Positions 27,880-41,329 of a DNA stretch of 64,000 nucleotides are shown here, piece after piece; position 1 is the stretch's first letter, and the number at the start of each line of letters is the position of its first letter. The stretch lies in the NCBI RefSeq assembly GCF_006345805.1, contig NC_043008.1:39928001-39992000 (forward strand), read 5' to 3'. Both the position numbers and the translations under genes were made by a program. The stretch comes from Octopus sinensis. Lineage: Eukaryota. The notes beneath the pieces are model-generated. The model did not search any database. It worked only from the letters and a program-made list of their open reading frames with translations, and was not told the DNA's origin.

Positions 27880-28300
27880 CTTTCTTTTTCTTCTCCTTCT
27901 CCTCCTCCTTTTTCTTCTTCTTCTTCTTCGTCTTCTTCTCCTCATCGTCATCATTATCATCATCGTCGTCGTCGGCCTCCAGCTCCAAACTTCCCTTCTG
28001 ACCCTCCCCTCTTCCCTCCTGCCTTCTACTTTTTCCTTTTCTTGTTGTTCCCCTTCTTTTTCTTTTTTGTTTTTCTTGTTCTCCTTCTTCTTCTTCTTCT
28101 TCTTCTTCTTCTTCTTCTTCTTCTTCTTCTTCTTCTTCTTCTTCTTCTACTTCTTCTTCTTCTTCTTCTCTTCTTCTTCTTCTTCTTCTTCTTCTTCTTC
28201 TTCTTCTTCTTCTTCTTCTTCGTCTTCGTCTTCTTCTTCTTCTCATTATTCTCATCCTCCTACTTCTGCTCCTGCCTCTCCTCAGCTTCTTGTTTGGCTC
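27880..28300. repeat. (CTT)n/(CCT)n/(CAT)n trinucleotide tract
   Basis: Directly visible. It is the source of the poly-L/F/S/R/E ORFs. Confidence 0.97.
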
Positions 28301-28769
28301 TTCCTGTTTCACCTGTTTCAAATGCTCCCTCGTACACCTTCCTCTCCTCTTCGTACTTCACCTTCAAATCCTCAAATTTTCCGACCGAAATTTTGCTTCT
28401 CATAACTACAGAACGTATCTTCTTTTGTTAGTCTCGCTTTGCCACACCAATAAATTTCAAACTATTCCTATCTTTCTAGCTTAACACACACACACAATAT
28501 ACATACTACCATTATCTAGGTTCAGCAACTGTCAACTGGTTCAGTTGAAGTCACTATTAAAATCATTAATAATCAGTTTCCTGCTTTCCTGCAACGAGAA
28601 ACTCCAATTAGCGAATCACATAGACTCATTAATGACAAAGCGTTGTTTTATTATAATTTACGTGTTTCGCTTCATTATGATTCCCACCAGTGGGCACTTG
28701 ATTGTGTGCAGCAGACGCGGACACACACGTACGCACACACATACACAGAGTTGTACTTGTATTACATAA

Positions 28770-28803
<34 letters not shown>

Positions 28804-28846
28804 GTATGTATTATGTATGTATACATGTATGTATGTGTGTATGTAT

Positions 28847-29005
28847 AGGCGCAGGAATGGCTCTGTTGTAAGTTGCTTGCTTCCCAACCACATGGTTCTG
28901 TGTTCAGATCCACCGCGTGGCATCAGACATGTATCTTCTAGTATAGCCTCAGATCGATCAAAGCCTTGGGAGTTGATTTGGTAGATGGAAACTGAAAGCC
29001 CCTCG
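28847..29005 (+). mobile_element. SINE family A, 5' half
   Basis: aggcgcaggaatggct...caaccacatggttc...gatttggtagatggaaactgaaag. Confidence 0.85.
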
Positions 29006-29017
29006 TATGTATATATA

Positions 29018-29058
<41 letters not shown>

Positions 29059-29199
29059 CAAAATAAGCAACAAGGATATCCAGAGGTAATGTAATACGAT
29101 CGTTTCATGCGACTCCATTTAATTGAACAATGCAAGTATTACATCAGTTTTAAAATGTAGAGCAATCGTCAGCTGCATAAAAATATAAAATTTAGTTAA

Positions 29200-31100
29200 A
29201 TTCAAAAGATTCATTTTTATAATTATTCCATTAACCAAAATCACGAAGAGGGTAAGTAGGTAGACAAAGAACAAGTTTCATCAACAATATCATAATAGTA
29301 ACTAATATTTTTCTCACAGGAAGACACTGCTTATCATTGATTTTACTTTGTTATTTAGAGTTACTACTAGGAGAGGGGGTTTAAATTTATAGACTAGTTT
29401 ATCAAGTCTAATGGAAAACAAGAATCTATCTTTTATGGATAGAGAAAAAGACAGTTTAGGTGGCAGAGCCATAAATCAAGGTCCCTTTGAAGTAGAAATC
29501 ATTTGGGTCCAGTACGAATATATTTCAGCCAAAATTTGCGGGCTAAAGCTGATGGGGTAGGAAGAATAAAACTTATAATACTTAACTATTTGACAGGCAT
29601 AATCCCAATGATAATTTGAAATATATAGGAACATTTTAGAGAGGTTTTCAAAGAATTTCAGTATTTTACACAATATAGGGATGGAAAATATAGAAATAAT
29701 TTCATATTTATATAAGTTTCTATACTAATTTAATATATATTTATAGTTAATTAGTAAATAGTAATTTATTGGTATTAATGAGTTAAATTAAAGGGATATT
29801 TTAAAAATTTCATATATTTTCTATTTGCTAATAACCTTAGAATATATCTCTTGTATTATAAAATAGATAGTGAAATATATCAGTATGGTTCTGTAAAGGT
29901 TGACTGTGAACTCAATAGAAACGTATTATCAATAAAATGATATAGTGGGTAAATAAATAAGGAAAAAATGGTGTGAAATTAAAGTAAATAAATTTAAATG
30001 AGTATATTGAAAAATAAAAATGAGTTATTGTAGAATATTATAGATAAGGGGTAGAATAAATTTGTGTTCAAAAACTTATTATAGATTATACCTAGCTTAG
30101 TTATATTAATAGGTGAGGTAAGCTGTTATGAGAAATTCTCTTATAATTTTATAATTTCTATATTAAAATTAATAATTACTTATCATGGGAATTGTCGTAA
30201 ATGATTACTATTTAATACCGTGTAAAGAAATGATCAAGCTATTGTGTAAAATTTATGCTATTAATAAGACTTATATAAAATTTTGTGTTCTATTATAGAT
30301 TTAAGAAAAGGTTATTATTATTCCTTATATGATAATTTATATTTATTAATTGGTACTTATAAAATATTATCTTCTTCTTTCTTTATAATTTATTAATAAA
30401 GCTTTCTAACATATACAAAGATCATGAGGTTGAGGTTGTTTTAGAGAAATAGAAACCAAGTAACCTAGATACTATTATACATTCTTTATCAGGTTTTGAA
30501 TATTAATTAAGGGGATTTAGATGAACTTTTTATGAGAATATTCCTAGTATATAAGGTATTAATTGGCACACATATCAAAATCTTTAAAATATAATGGAAG
30601 GGAGGCAACCAAGATGTAATTTCTAAAATTAGAAACATTTAAATTTAGTATTAAGAGTGAAGTGTAGTTTTATGGGGTACAATAATTTAGGCTAGTCAGA
30701 GGTAATATTTATAATATTAAAAAAAAAAAGAATTAGGTGGAGTAGAAATAGATATGGAAATTACCAATTCTTTAAAACTAATTGTGGATTAGGTATACAA
30801 CTTAATAATTTCATTAGATATATAGAATTTATGTAAAAATTATAGAAAATTTAAAAGAATTGTATTCAACTTTATTCAATTTGTTTATGTTACTAAATTT
30901 CTTAATAACTATTGCTTATTAAATAAAAAATAGTAGTGTATATTATTTCCTTATTGGATTTTAAAAAATATCAAGATCTAAAATTTAGGAATAACAAAAG
31001 TGTATTTTAAAAAATATTTAAAGGTGCGGGTAGTACAATGTATGCACTATAATCCTAGTCCAAAACGGTTATTTAATAAGTTTACATTATCCTATGTTTC
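29200..31100 (+). mobile_element. Ancient, extremely AT-drifted L1/Tx1-like ORF2 relic
   Basis: Degenerate motifs occur in co-linear order across frames: FTQYR..RNNFIFI (EN), IDLRKGY (KAFD-like), LSSSFFII, YKDH (YADD-like), SG.NIN, YIGI (YLG-like), LWG, KKKELGGVEIDMEITNSLKL (PK..GGLG..D-like). Confidence 0.5.
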
Positions 31101-31689
31101 AAAAATTCATTTTCCTCCATAGAGCAAAGTTCACATCCATCCCTACTATTTTATAAACTAAATTCTATATTTTTATGCAGCTGAACATTGGTCTACATTT
31201 TAAAACTGATGTAATACTAGCATTCTAGGATCTAATTCTTCGATCATAGTAGTATGTTGTACAGTCTCAGAGTTAACATTTAAAGAATGTTAACTTGGGG
31301 TTAACACATTTTTTTAATAATTCAGTATCATACCTTTGGGGAAGCAATTTCGAAAAGAAATTTTCATTTTGCTTTGGAAAAAGTAATTTTATCATCAGAT
31401 GTAGCGGCGCCAGCCTTGCTAAATGACATGGAAGAAGAAATAAGTGATAGCTTTCATAGTGAACTGCAAAACAATCCACAATTCCCTGCCTTCTACACTG
31501 TAATGCAAAGGTTGGTGTTCAAGGAACCACTATCGCAGCGAACATTAGCAACAACAACAATGATGACACAGCTCGGGAATTTATTTCCAATTACGAAGTT
31601 GAGTTCCTCACAACAAATGAAACAATACCAAAGATATTACCTAACAACAGCACCAATAAGACGACGAGCACGGCTATGATCTATCTACC

Positions 31690-31850
31690 ACGACCACCAC
31701 GACCACCACTACCACGACCACCACTACAACCACACCACCACCACCACCACCACACCACCACCACCACCACCACCACCACCACCACCACTACCACTATCAC
31801 CACCACCAACACCACCACCACCACCACCACTACCACCATCACCAGCACTG
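31690..31850. repeat. (ACC)n/(CCA)n trinucleotide tract
   Basis: Directly visible. Confidence 0.95.
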
Positions 31851-32049
31851 CAAAAACTAATACTATGATATAGGAAAAAAAAACTACAATAGCCTTGGAA
31901 ACTTGAACTACAACAATATTTTTATTGCGAATAACAACAGCTAGAACAGCAAAAAACACAAACAATACATTCACAGCAACGTGTGCGAAGGGCACAGTTA
32001 TATACAAAAGGAATATTCAACAAAAGCATATATGCCTGGCCCAAACGGT

Positions 32050-34290
32050 CAAACTGATAAGCAGCAGAAATACATAAGCAAACCGTAATTTATAAATGCG
32101 ATTCTATAAACACGAAGAGGCCAGAGATGGTTAGTCAGATAGAGGTGGATGTTGCACTGAAGGAAATAATGCGATATATTCAGTATCTCTCGAGAGTAAA
32201 GCAGTTTGCGGATATTTCAGTGCTCTTCAAGACTGAAATTCTGGCAGGCAAACACTACGTAGTTCCCTGGTGGAATGAAAAATACGTGATCCACCCATGG
32301 TATTTGAGAAGGAGGGGTATAAGGAGAAGGGTCTCAGGAATTCCATCGGAAATAAATTTATGCTAGATTTCAGCATGTATCGTTTTGAAAGGAGTAACGG
32401 CTGAAAGGAGCTCATCGTGAAAATTGTTCTGGGATCAGTGTTGAGATGTTGCTCCACCTTAAAACAAACACGAGCCACAAGATCCCAAATCTCATTTGAA
32501 AACTACATGGTACGTTTGAGGGTAGAAAGCCACGGCGCGTCTTGTGTGCAAAGACTTAGTGTAGAGTCAGTAGGCTATAGTAAAGAATTAGTGGTAGAGG
32601 AACCTGGGATAGAGGGAGATTTTCTTAGAAGTGGTACATCGACTGACCTGCTGGCGGCGATATTGGATCATGATCAATTGTTCAACGCCAAGCATGAAAG
32701 TTGCGTTGTAAGAGCTGGGGCGAGGGACTTAATTCACGAAGGAATGAGAGAACCGTTCTATGGACCGAGGCGGCAGCAAAGTTACAGTTTGGTCCTTGAC
32801 GGGTCGGGACGGGTGCATGCTACTTGAATCCAAGCAGATGTATGTGGAATTTCAGCAACAACTCATCGAGATGGGTCGGAGACAAAAGGGAATTACGTTT
32901 CTTACCTCGCCGATATACCGCATTTTTGGCCAAGGATTCTGTGTTCTACAAAGGACCAATAACAGCTGGGTATATACGGGAAAAGTATCTGTAACCAGAT
33001 AGTTTGCCTTTCGAGCTTTATCTAAATTCGCCAGACATTTTTGGTGATCTCTTGGCGGTTGTCTACCGCATCGAAAGAATTCCAAGTGCTGTGTCCCGTG
33101 GCGTGGTGTTGCTGCCGAAAAATGACCTAAAGAAGGGGTACAAATAGATAATTTTAAGCCCGTAACTCTGGTGAGTTAGGATTACAAGATTTTGACCAAG
33201 ATTTTGACCAAGATTTTGACGAGTAAACATGCGTTCTCCCAATCAGATGTATCCAAGGCAACCTATGTGTTGCATCATAATGTCGGTAGGTAAGGAATAT
33301 GTGACAGGTGGGGCTCTGATCAATTTGGGTTAATGAAAAGCTTTTGATAGGAGCTATTCTCGCAGCGGCCGGCTACGGGCTTGCTTTCAAAGGCTCGAAC
33401 GCTGCAATGTACAGCGACATCTTTTCGTGGGTCAAAGTAAATGCACACCAATTGGGATTGTTTATCAATGATGTCCACTCTTGTACCTTTTGTACATGCT
33501 GGCTTCTGAGCAATTGCTATTGAAGCCTGATGTTTCTAGGATGTGACCTAAGCTGTAGAAAACGAAGTGGTCGGCACCAGCTTAATGAAATGGTATTAGG
33601 AGCAATGATTAACCAGAAGGCTGTAGGCGTGCAGCTCGGCACCTGGACAGGAAGGTCCAAGTCATCCGACAACAATCGTAAGGTGATGGACGTTAAAACC
33701 ACTAAAATTAATAAGGGTCTGGTTTTCACCGGTCCTCCAAGTGGACAGGGTACGAGCAGAGTTGACAATCTCAACCCGAAATGAGCAGAGAGGTAGCTGC
33801 CCCTTGATTTGGTTGAAGGCGGAGAATGCGTACATCACTTCTGCCGTCTCGTAGCGCTGGACCGTGGTCCCTTGTCTTGTTTCGCGGTTAATAAAGTTTG
33901 AGTCCATGTTCTTCTGTTCTTCCGTTCTCTGTGGAAGGGGCGTGTACTGCCCGTAAGTCAGTCCATCAGCTATCAACAGCCGCTAAGTAAATGACTAGGC
34001 ATGCAGTGGGTAAGGGTGCGCAAACATGAGAAAGAAGTGCTACCTCTCAGTATTTTTGCAGAAAAGTGGGTGAAAATGACGAGGATGACCCCTAACGAGA
34101 GGTCTACTCTGAGCATACGCTCGTAAGCCGGAAGTGTTGAGATGAAGAAAGGCACCTGCTGAAACGCCGTTGGTGGCGGAGGTGACCTGACGCGTGGGGT
34201 TCCTTGAGTGTTCCTGGGTGGAACTCCCTTCACTTTCTCTGTTAATCACGAATTTTGTGTAAAGCTCCACTCGTCCCTTGTGTTCGCGTT
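32050..34290 (+). mobile_element. Decayed L1/Tx1-type LINE ORF2 with 3' end
   Basis: Fragments in order: SL..RDGCML..KQM, LLPKNDLKKG..DNFKPVTL..DYKILTKIL, LINLG*.KAFDR, QLGTW.GRS, RVWF...QVDR, and C-terminal EKEVLPLSIFAEKWVKMTRM. Many stops, frameshifts and deletions. Confidence 0.8.
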
Positions 34291-34328
34291 TGTTTAGTGT
34301 TCGGCCATACTGGCGAATAAAGATAAGA

Positions 34329-34397
<69 letters not shown>

Positions 34398-34402
<5 letters not shown>

Positions 34403-34641
34403 TAGTTTTATTTTTATAGCGTGCTTTCACTTCACTACCGAGCGCAGCTCTGTGTGCCTTGGGTATGAGCTGTGATTTGTTGTGATGCTCTGATGGTTAT
34501 TGTATGGAAAGTGTTCTGCGTAGGATGTGTGCAGTGCCTAGTAGTGCAATTTTCTGTATGTTATATGTGTTTGTAAGTCCTTGTGTTTTTGTTATGTATT
34601 TGTCTGAATATTTTTTATCATGCCTATTATTGTTATTATTA

Positions 34642-34688
<47 letters not shown>

Positions 34689-34925
34689 TATTATTATTCA
34701 GTAGTTTTATTTTTATAGCGTGCTTTCACTTCACTACCGAGCGCAGCTCTGTGTGCCTTGGGTATGAGCTGTGATTTGTTGTGATGCTCTGATGGTTATT
34801 GTATGGAAAGTGTTCTGCGTAGGATGTGTGCAGTGCCTAGTAGTGCAATTTTCTGTATGTTATATGTGTTTGTAAGTCCTTGTGTTTTTGTTATGTATTT
34901 GTCTGAATATTTTTTATCATGCCTA
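34398..34925 (-). mobile_element. Two identical 229-bp 3' ends of an R4/Dong-like LINE inside (TTA)n
   Basis: The minus strand encodes ...KYITKTQGLTNTYNIQKIALLGTAHILRRTLSIQ*, then a 3' UTR and an (AAT)n tail. Copies at 34398-34626 and 34697-34925. Confidence 0.85.
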
Positions 34926-35367
34926 TTATTGTTATTATTATTATTATTATTATTATTAGTTTATCTCATCTCATAATAAATGTCAAGTTGTGTTATTTAA
35001 AATATTTCTGAAGAGAATTAAACAGAATATCAGTTGTGACAATTTTATCAGATTTCCTTAAAAAAGAAACAAACTACATAAACACGCCTCGTGTACACAC
35101 ACATACACACGCACACACACACATACACACACACACAAACATACACACACACACGCATACACAAACACACATGTTCATAAGTACAGAAAGTAGAAGCGTG
35201 TACATTGATAAACATATACGTACACACTTGTACATATGCAAGTGTTAATATATGCATATATTCTTATCACATACGTACGCGTAGACACCTGATACTCATA
35301 TTCATACATACATAAATATATACATAAATATATACATACACTCACAGACACACACATACAAACATAT

Positions 35368-35419
<52 letters not shown>

Positions 35420-36410
35420 TAGATTCTGATATATACTGATATCTGTGATTTGTATGCCTGAACGTGTTGTTTTCCAGAGTTTATACAATTATTCATTGGC
35501 TTTGATGATATTTTAAAATATTGTTTATTTTCATTGTATATTCAAACATTTTACGATGTGACAAGTTCATTTGATTGTATTTTTTTTTATTCTTAACTAT
35601 TCTACATCCTACCGGCGGCAACTTATTAACTATTCCACTTAATGAGTACGAAGTCTGTTATGGAATAGAAATGTTTTTCTGTTTACCAGTACCACATCTT
35701 AGTTCTTTTCGTTTTATATCACCCAATATAAAAGTGTTGTATATATCGACCTTTAATATAGCGCTCAAGTGATGCAGTGGTAATATTTCAGTAATATCTT
35801 TTTTCCTTGTTCGAAAGACGATTAAACAAATATCAAACACCGATAAATTCGATTCGATTTACTATTAAAATCGTAGGATTATCTTATATGATGTTAAGTC
35901 TTTATACACACACACACACCAAAATATGATATGGTTTCCTTTAATCATTATATATATATATATATATATCAGAGAGCGCTAACTATTCTTTCCCAATCTC
36001 CGGACAAAATGACTTTGGACGGTAAGGCAGCGGAATTTGTGTCCCCAGCAATCTGCATCACTGGGCCTCCACATCAAATATCAGTGAGCATGGTCGACGA
36101 CTAGGTTGTCCCACAGTAGCACCTCATTTGCTGATTGACACACAACCGCTTTCTGATGTTACAGAAATTCCGCTGGGCCGTAATAAGCTGCAAGGCATTT
36201 TTCTACGACTTCAACACTGTCAGTTCTCCAACGACATGCTATCAACCCAGTAACCGGACGCCCGGAAGAGAGGGTTAGGGGTTGCTAGCACTTGCCCAAG
36301 GGCTCACCTCTCTGTATGGAGTTACTCTCCCTTTTACAGGTCCAGTATTGATGTGTAGAACGTACCGTTGTCCATATACTTCTTCAATTTTCTTTCGTTA
36401 TACATATATA

Positions 36411-36831
36411 ACTCTTTTACTCTCTCTCTTTACTCTTTTACTTGTTTCAGTCATTTCACTGCGGCCATTCTGGAGCACCGCCTTTAATCGAGCAACTCGA
36501 CCCCGGGACTTATTCTTTTGTAAGCCCAGTACTTATTCTGTCGGTCTTTTTTGCCGAACAGCTAAGTAACGGGGACATAAACACACCAGCATCGGTTGTC
36601 AAGCAATGCTAGGGGGACAAACACAGACACACAAACACACACACGCATATATATACATACATGTATACGACAGGCTTCTTTCAGTTTCTGTCTACAAAAT
36701 CCACTCACAAGGTTTTGGTCGCCCCGAGGCTATAGTAGAAGACACGTGCCCAAGGTGCCACGCAGTGGGACTGAACCCATAACCATGTGATTGATAGACA
36801 AGCTACTTACCACACAGCCACTCCTGCGCCT
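36411..36831 (-). mobile_element. SINE family A, full length
   Basis: Intact head (AGGCGCAGGAGTGGCTGTGTGG), internal microsatellite and tail. Confidence 0.95.
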
Positions 36832-36834
36832 ATA

Positions 36835-36884
<50 letters not shown>

Positions 36885-36937
36885 CTTAGAATAACTTAGA
36901 AAGGTTTTGGCCAGTATTGGCCCAGGCCAAGTCTAAC

Positions 36938-39900
36938 TTAATACCACCACCTGGTGAAGTCTTTCAGTTCAGGATTGGGCACCAAGGCCCATTCGAGCAG
37001 AGAGTTATTGTTTGCGGAGACATATCCGGGTGTGGGGGGTTTGTCCGGTACTGTTTGAAGGAATTTGTCCAAAGACTTCTTGAATTGTGTGTGGTCAGTT
37101 TCTTTTTTGACGTGCCCTGGTGTAATGTTGAAGAGAGCAGGTCCAATTGAGGTGAAATAGTTGTGCCGTATTGTCGTTATGTGATGCGATTTAGATTTTT
37201 GTTGTGGACGGATGGCACGTGGTACAAGCCTTGGATGCATTTTGAAGGTGTGATGCCAAATCATTTGGACAGTGCTGGTGGAATATTTTCCACATCATAC
37301 AGATAATGTAGCGTTCACGGCGTCGTTGGAGTGAATACAATTTCAGCTTCTCTAGTCTACCCCAGTAGTCAAGGTCTGACATGCCATCTATCTTTTTTGT
37401 GATTGACCTTTGGGGAGCTTCAATTCTCATAATATTTTGTTTTGTGTAGGGAGACCACAGTGGACAGCAGTATTCAAGGTGGGGTCGGGCAAAAGTGGAG
37501 AAGAGAAGGATAATAGCGTGGGAATCTCTCGACTGGAAGGTCTGAGAATCCAGGAACACATTTGCGGGCCATGTCACTTTGCTGCTTATATGTGTAGCCC
37601 AGCTTATGTTGTTGTCCACTGTTACTCCCAGGTCTCTGATGTTGTTGGATGCCATGAGAATTTCTCCAGAAGGAAGAGAGTATGGGAGTTCAGAGCGTCC
37701 TCCCTTCCAAAGTGGATCAGTTCAAATTTGTCTTCATTTAGCACATGTTATTCTTTTCCGCCCATTGGACAACAGCCAGTAAGTCTGACTGAAGGTTTAT
37801 TGGTCATCCACGCCATGATGACCTTCTGGAGCTTGGAGTCATCAGCGAAGTTCTGATGTTACTGTGTTTGATGGTATCAGTAATATCATTTATGTAGATG
37901 ATGAAGAGAAGTGGGCCCAACACAGTGCCTTGTGGGACACCACTGCTGACTTTGGCTGGGCTGGATTTGACTCCTTCGACTACCACATGTTGGGTTCTGT
38001 TAGACAGGAAGCACTTGATCCACTGCAGCAACTTTCCGTGACACCAATATTGGACAGCTTTCTCAGAAGGATCTTATGATCAACCCTGTCAAAGGCCTTG
38101 CTGAAATCAAGGTAGATGACATCAGTGTTGGACCTTCCCCAAGGCTCTCAAAATGTCACCAAAATGATGCAGTAGCTGCGTCAGGCAATCTCTCCCATTA
38201 CGGAATCCATGCTGGTTGGGGTTCAGCATATATTATGCCTCTCAAGGAAGTGAGTCATACGCGATCTCAGCACCCTCTCAAATACCTTGATGATATGAGA
38301 GGTGAGTGATGAGATTGGACGGTAATTCACGGCAAGCGATTTGTTTCCTTTTTTGAAAACTGGGACAACAGACTGGGATAGAAGGTCCTCTGGATATATC
38401 CAGCATCCAGTGAGTTCCGCCACAGATTGGCTAGAGGGGGTGCAAGGTGGTTTTGACACATCTTCAAGACACAAGCAGGGAACCTATCGGGACCTACTGC
38501 TGATTATGCTTCATTTCCTTTATTGCTGCTAAGACATCAGGAGCGCCAAATGTATGTCCGATAAAGTGTATTGGGGAGTAACATCACTGATACAGCCCAG
38601 ATCAGTCATATCAGGATTGCTGAAAACAGAGCAATATTGTTTCTGCAATATTTCTCCCATGGTTTTGGCATTGTCTTGAAGAGTACCATTTTCATCAATC
38701 AGAGGGCCAACAGTAGTAGAACCAGTGACTCTCTTTTTTTTTGCAAATGAAAAGAACACTTTGGGATTGAGTTTGATCTTCTCAATGGCCCAGGCCTCTT
38801 CAGCTCTTCGCTGACTATTGATGATAGACATCATGTTGTTTTGGAGTTTATGTTTTTTAATCTCTAGCGACGAGATGGCAGTCAGGTTGGTGTTGTTGCT
38901 GTTGACAGTATTTCAGCATGTTGATCTTTTTGTTGATTCTTTTAATTTTCCTTATGAGAGATTTTCTATTTCCAGGGATTCGACACTTAGATTTGTTTGC
39001 AGATCTTAATGGGGTGTGTCTTGCACATATGTTCGTGATGATGTCTACAAGTGACTGCCAGGACTTTTTAATGTTAGTGGGTGTGTGTATGTGTGCGTGA
39101 AGGACCAATCGACTTGTGCAAGATAATTATTGATCGCTTCCCAGTTTGCATTGTGGAAATCCATAGTGTCAAATGGATGAACAGGAGGGATGACATTTGT
39201 TTTGCATTTTGGCCAGTGAAATCTCAGATCACAGAGAACCATGTCATGGTCGGAGAGTAGGGTTTTCTCCACTGCAATATTGTGGATAGTATCAGTGTGA
39301 TTGCTAAAATTAAGTCTAAGACGTTTTTGTGACATCTCGTTGGTTCGAGTACCAGTTGGGACAAGAAGAAGTCATCCATGAAGTCAAGAAGCGATTCCAC
39401 TGCCTCCGTGTCAGGGGTTGAGAGAGAAGAACCTGGCGGCAGACTGTTTGTAGACCAGTCAACCCCGGGAAGGTTGAAGTCTCCCATCATTAAAATGTTG
39501 TCAGGGTGACACTGCTGTGAATGAAACACTTTATGCTGTTGAGGCATTCCTTGAAGCATGGTAGGGGCGTTTGGGGTGGTCTGTAGAGCCCAACTACTGT
39601 TAAGTTGTTGTTGGTTTGACTGAATACAGCAACTGCTTCGCAGTATCCATTCGAAAATATGTTCATGGCTTCTGTTGAGAATGAATCGTGGACATAAATG
39701 GCAGTCCACCCTTTCTTCTGCCAGCACGATCAGCACGAATGGTTTTGAAATTTTAACTTTCACCTCGGCTTCCAAGTGGAGGTCACTAAGATGGGTTTCA
39801 GTGAGGACGAAGAAAGGGATGTGGTTGGATGGGCCTCGACCCAGTCCTCCAGGAATCTTATCTTCCATTTTTGTGTATTGGTGGAAGGGCTGATGCTTGG

Positions 39901-39960
39901 GCATTAAGCAGAAATGTTGAGGCGAGAGTGGATGGTTTTAATTGTTTTGGTGATTTGTTT
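36938..39960 (-). pseudogene. LINE ORF2 (apurinic endonuclease + reverse transcriptase), frameshifted as assembled
   Basis: Motifs in order: LTETHL, MGDFNLP, SDHDMV, NYRPIS, KAFD, SGVPQGTVLGPLLFIIYINDI, FADDSK, RDLGV, RPHLEYCCPLWSP, LYSLQRRRERY. These are typical CR1-clade motifs. Confidence 0.92.
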
Positions 39961-40979
39961 ATTTGATGCTTTTTAATGGCATGTGCAGTGGGGTATTTGT
40001 GGTGGATGGTGGTGGGTGATAGCTCGGATGTTTTTTTCCAGTTCTTTTGCTAGATTCATCATAGCTAAAAAAGAGAAGAAGAGGTGGTTTCCTGTCTAGG
40101 GAACCGCAGGTGACTGTGGCTGCGGCTATTTTTATGTGAGTGGTTATCTTTAAATGTCCGACGAGTCCCTGGGAGATGGGTAAAGGGGCAATCCCTGTGC
40201 AGACACAATCTGTCTCGCTGGGAATAGCGGCAGATTTGGGGATTCCTTGTTTGAGATATTGGTGGTTGTGGTGGTGGTATGTATGATGTGGTTTGTGTTG
40301 TAGTTTGTGGGGATAGAGCGTTTTGTTCAGGGTAAATGGGTGAATTTGCAGTCTCTATCAGTGCACAGTCTATGGCGAAGAGAATATCGGCAAATGATGG
40401 GGTTTCGAGTGGGTGTGTAGGTGCGTGTGTGTGTGTGAGTGTGAAGGTGTAGATGATAGTTTGTTGAAGTTTTGGCGACCTTTGTGACCTGTAGGAGGTA
40501 AATTCCTTGAGATCTTAGCATTAGTAGTAGTAGTTGTAGTAGTAGTAGTAGGTAGAAGAGATGTTGACAGTGGTAATGATTGAGGAGGTCGATTCCAAGA
40601 CAAAGATGTTTGTCGAAACATAGTTGGAGTTGTACTAGTAGTAGTAAGCAGAGGAGATGGTGTTGACAATGATGATGATTGAGCTGCTGGGGCAGTGAAA
40701 GGAAGGGGTCGTGCTTCCTGCTGTGTGACCCTGATGACTGGGGGGTCAATCGTTTCGTTTAGCAAATCGGCCATTGTAGATGAATCGAGGAGTGGTTCAT
40801 CCTGTTGTTGTTGCTGTATCTGTTGTTGTTGTTGCCGCTGAGTTTGTTGTTGAGGTTGTTGTTGTTGTTGCCGCTGAGGTTGTTGCTGCTGAAGTTGTTG
40901 TTGTTGCCGCTGAGTTTGTTGTTGTTGAGGTTGTTGTTGTTGTTGTTGCGCCGGTGATGCGTTCGAAGAGAAAACACAT
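39960..40979 (-). pseudogene. LINE ORF1: Thr/Asn-rich low-complexity N-terminus and two CCCH zinc fingers
   Basis: CRYSLRHRLCTDRDCKFTH (~40395-40335) and CRYSQRDRLCLHRDCPFTH (~40232-40176), both C-x8-C-x4-C-x3-H. The ORF is frameshifted. Confidence 0.75.
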
Positions 40980-41022
40980 CTCAGTTTATCGAAGTGTATT
41001 TATTAATTTAAATTTATTAATT

Positions 41023-41069
<47 letters not shown>

Positions 41070-41329
41070 TATATATATATACAGGACACAGATAGGTTGT
41101 CTATGGCCAGCTGGAGGAGGTGGTCCTCCTGGGGCTAAAAACTACAGTAGCATCCACCTTAGGGTGTTAGCCATATTGAAATGGCAAAAATACGTCACGA
41201 TGTGTTACCGCTACTGTATATAACTCACTTTGATATTTATTGTTTGATTTCACTTTTTCAATATCAGCGACAGTGGGCGCTGGAAAAAGTATAAGTATTT
41301 GTGAAGGAAATCTAATTCTCGGCGACAAC

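Larger units (their letters stand above)
36882..41020 (-). mobile_element. Near full-length CR1-type LINE inserted in (TA)n
   Basis: ORF1 plus an APE-RT ORF2. The 3' UTR has a hairpin (TTGGCC...GGCCAA) and a short tandem tail (TTCTAAGTTA)x2. (TA)n lies on both sides. Confidence 0.9.

Noticed and set aside
27745-28431. 228-aa poly-Leu/Phe ORF and the overlapping poly-Arg/Glu and poly-Ser ORFs
   Set aside because: They come from a pure (CTT)n tract. The same applies to the poly-Arg ORF at 43918-44151 and the poly-Thr/His ORFs at 31.7 kb.
29200-31300. Nuclear mitochondrial insertion (NUMT)
   Set aside because: Composition and skew suggested mtDNA, but I found no cox1/cox2/cox3/cytb/nad or rRNA signature motifs in any frame, whereas L1-like motifs are co-linear.
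31374-31679. 101-aa ORF (MEKVILSS...)
   Set aside because: No recognisable motif or splice context; it runs into a trinucleotide tract.
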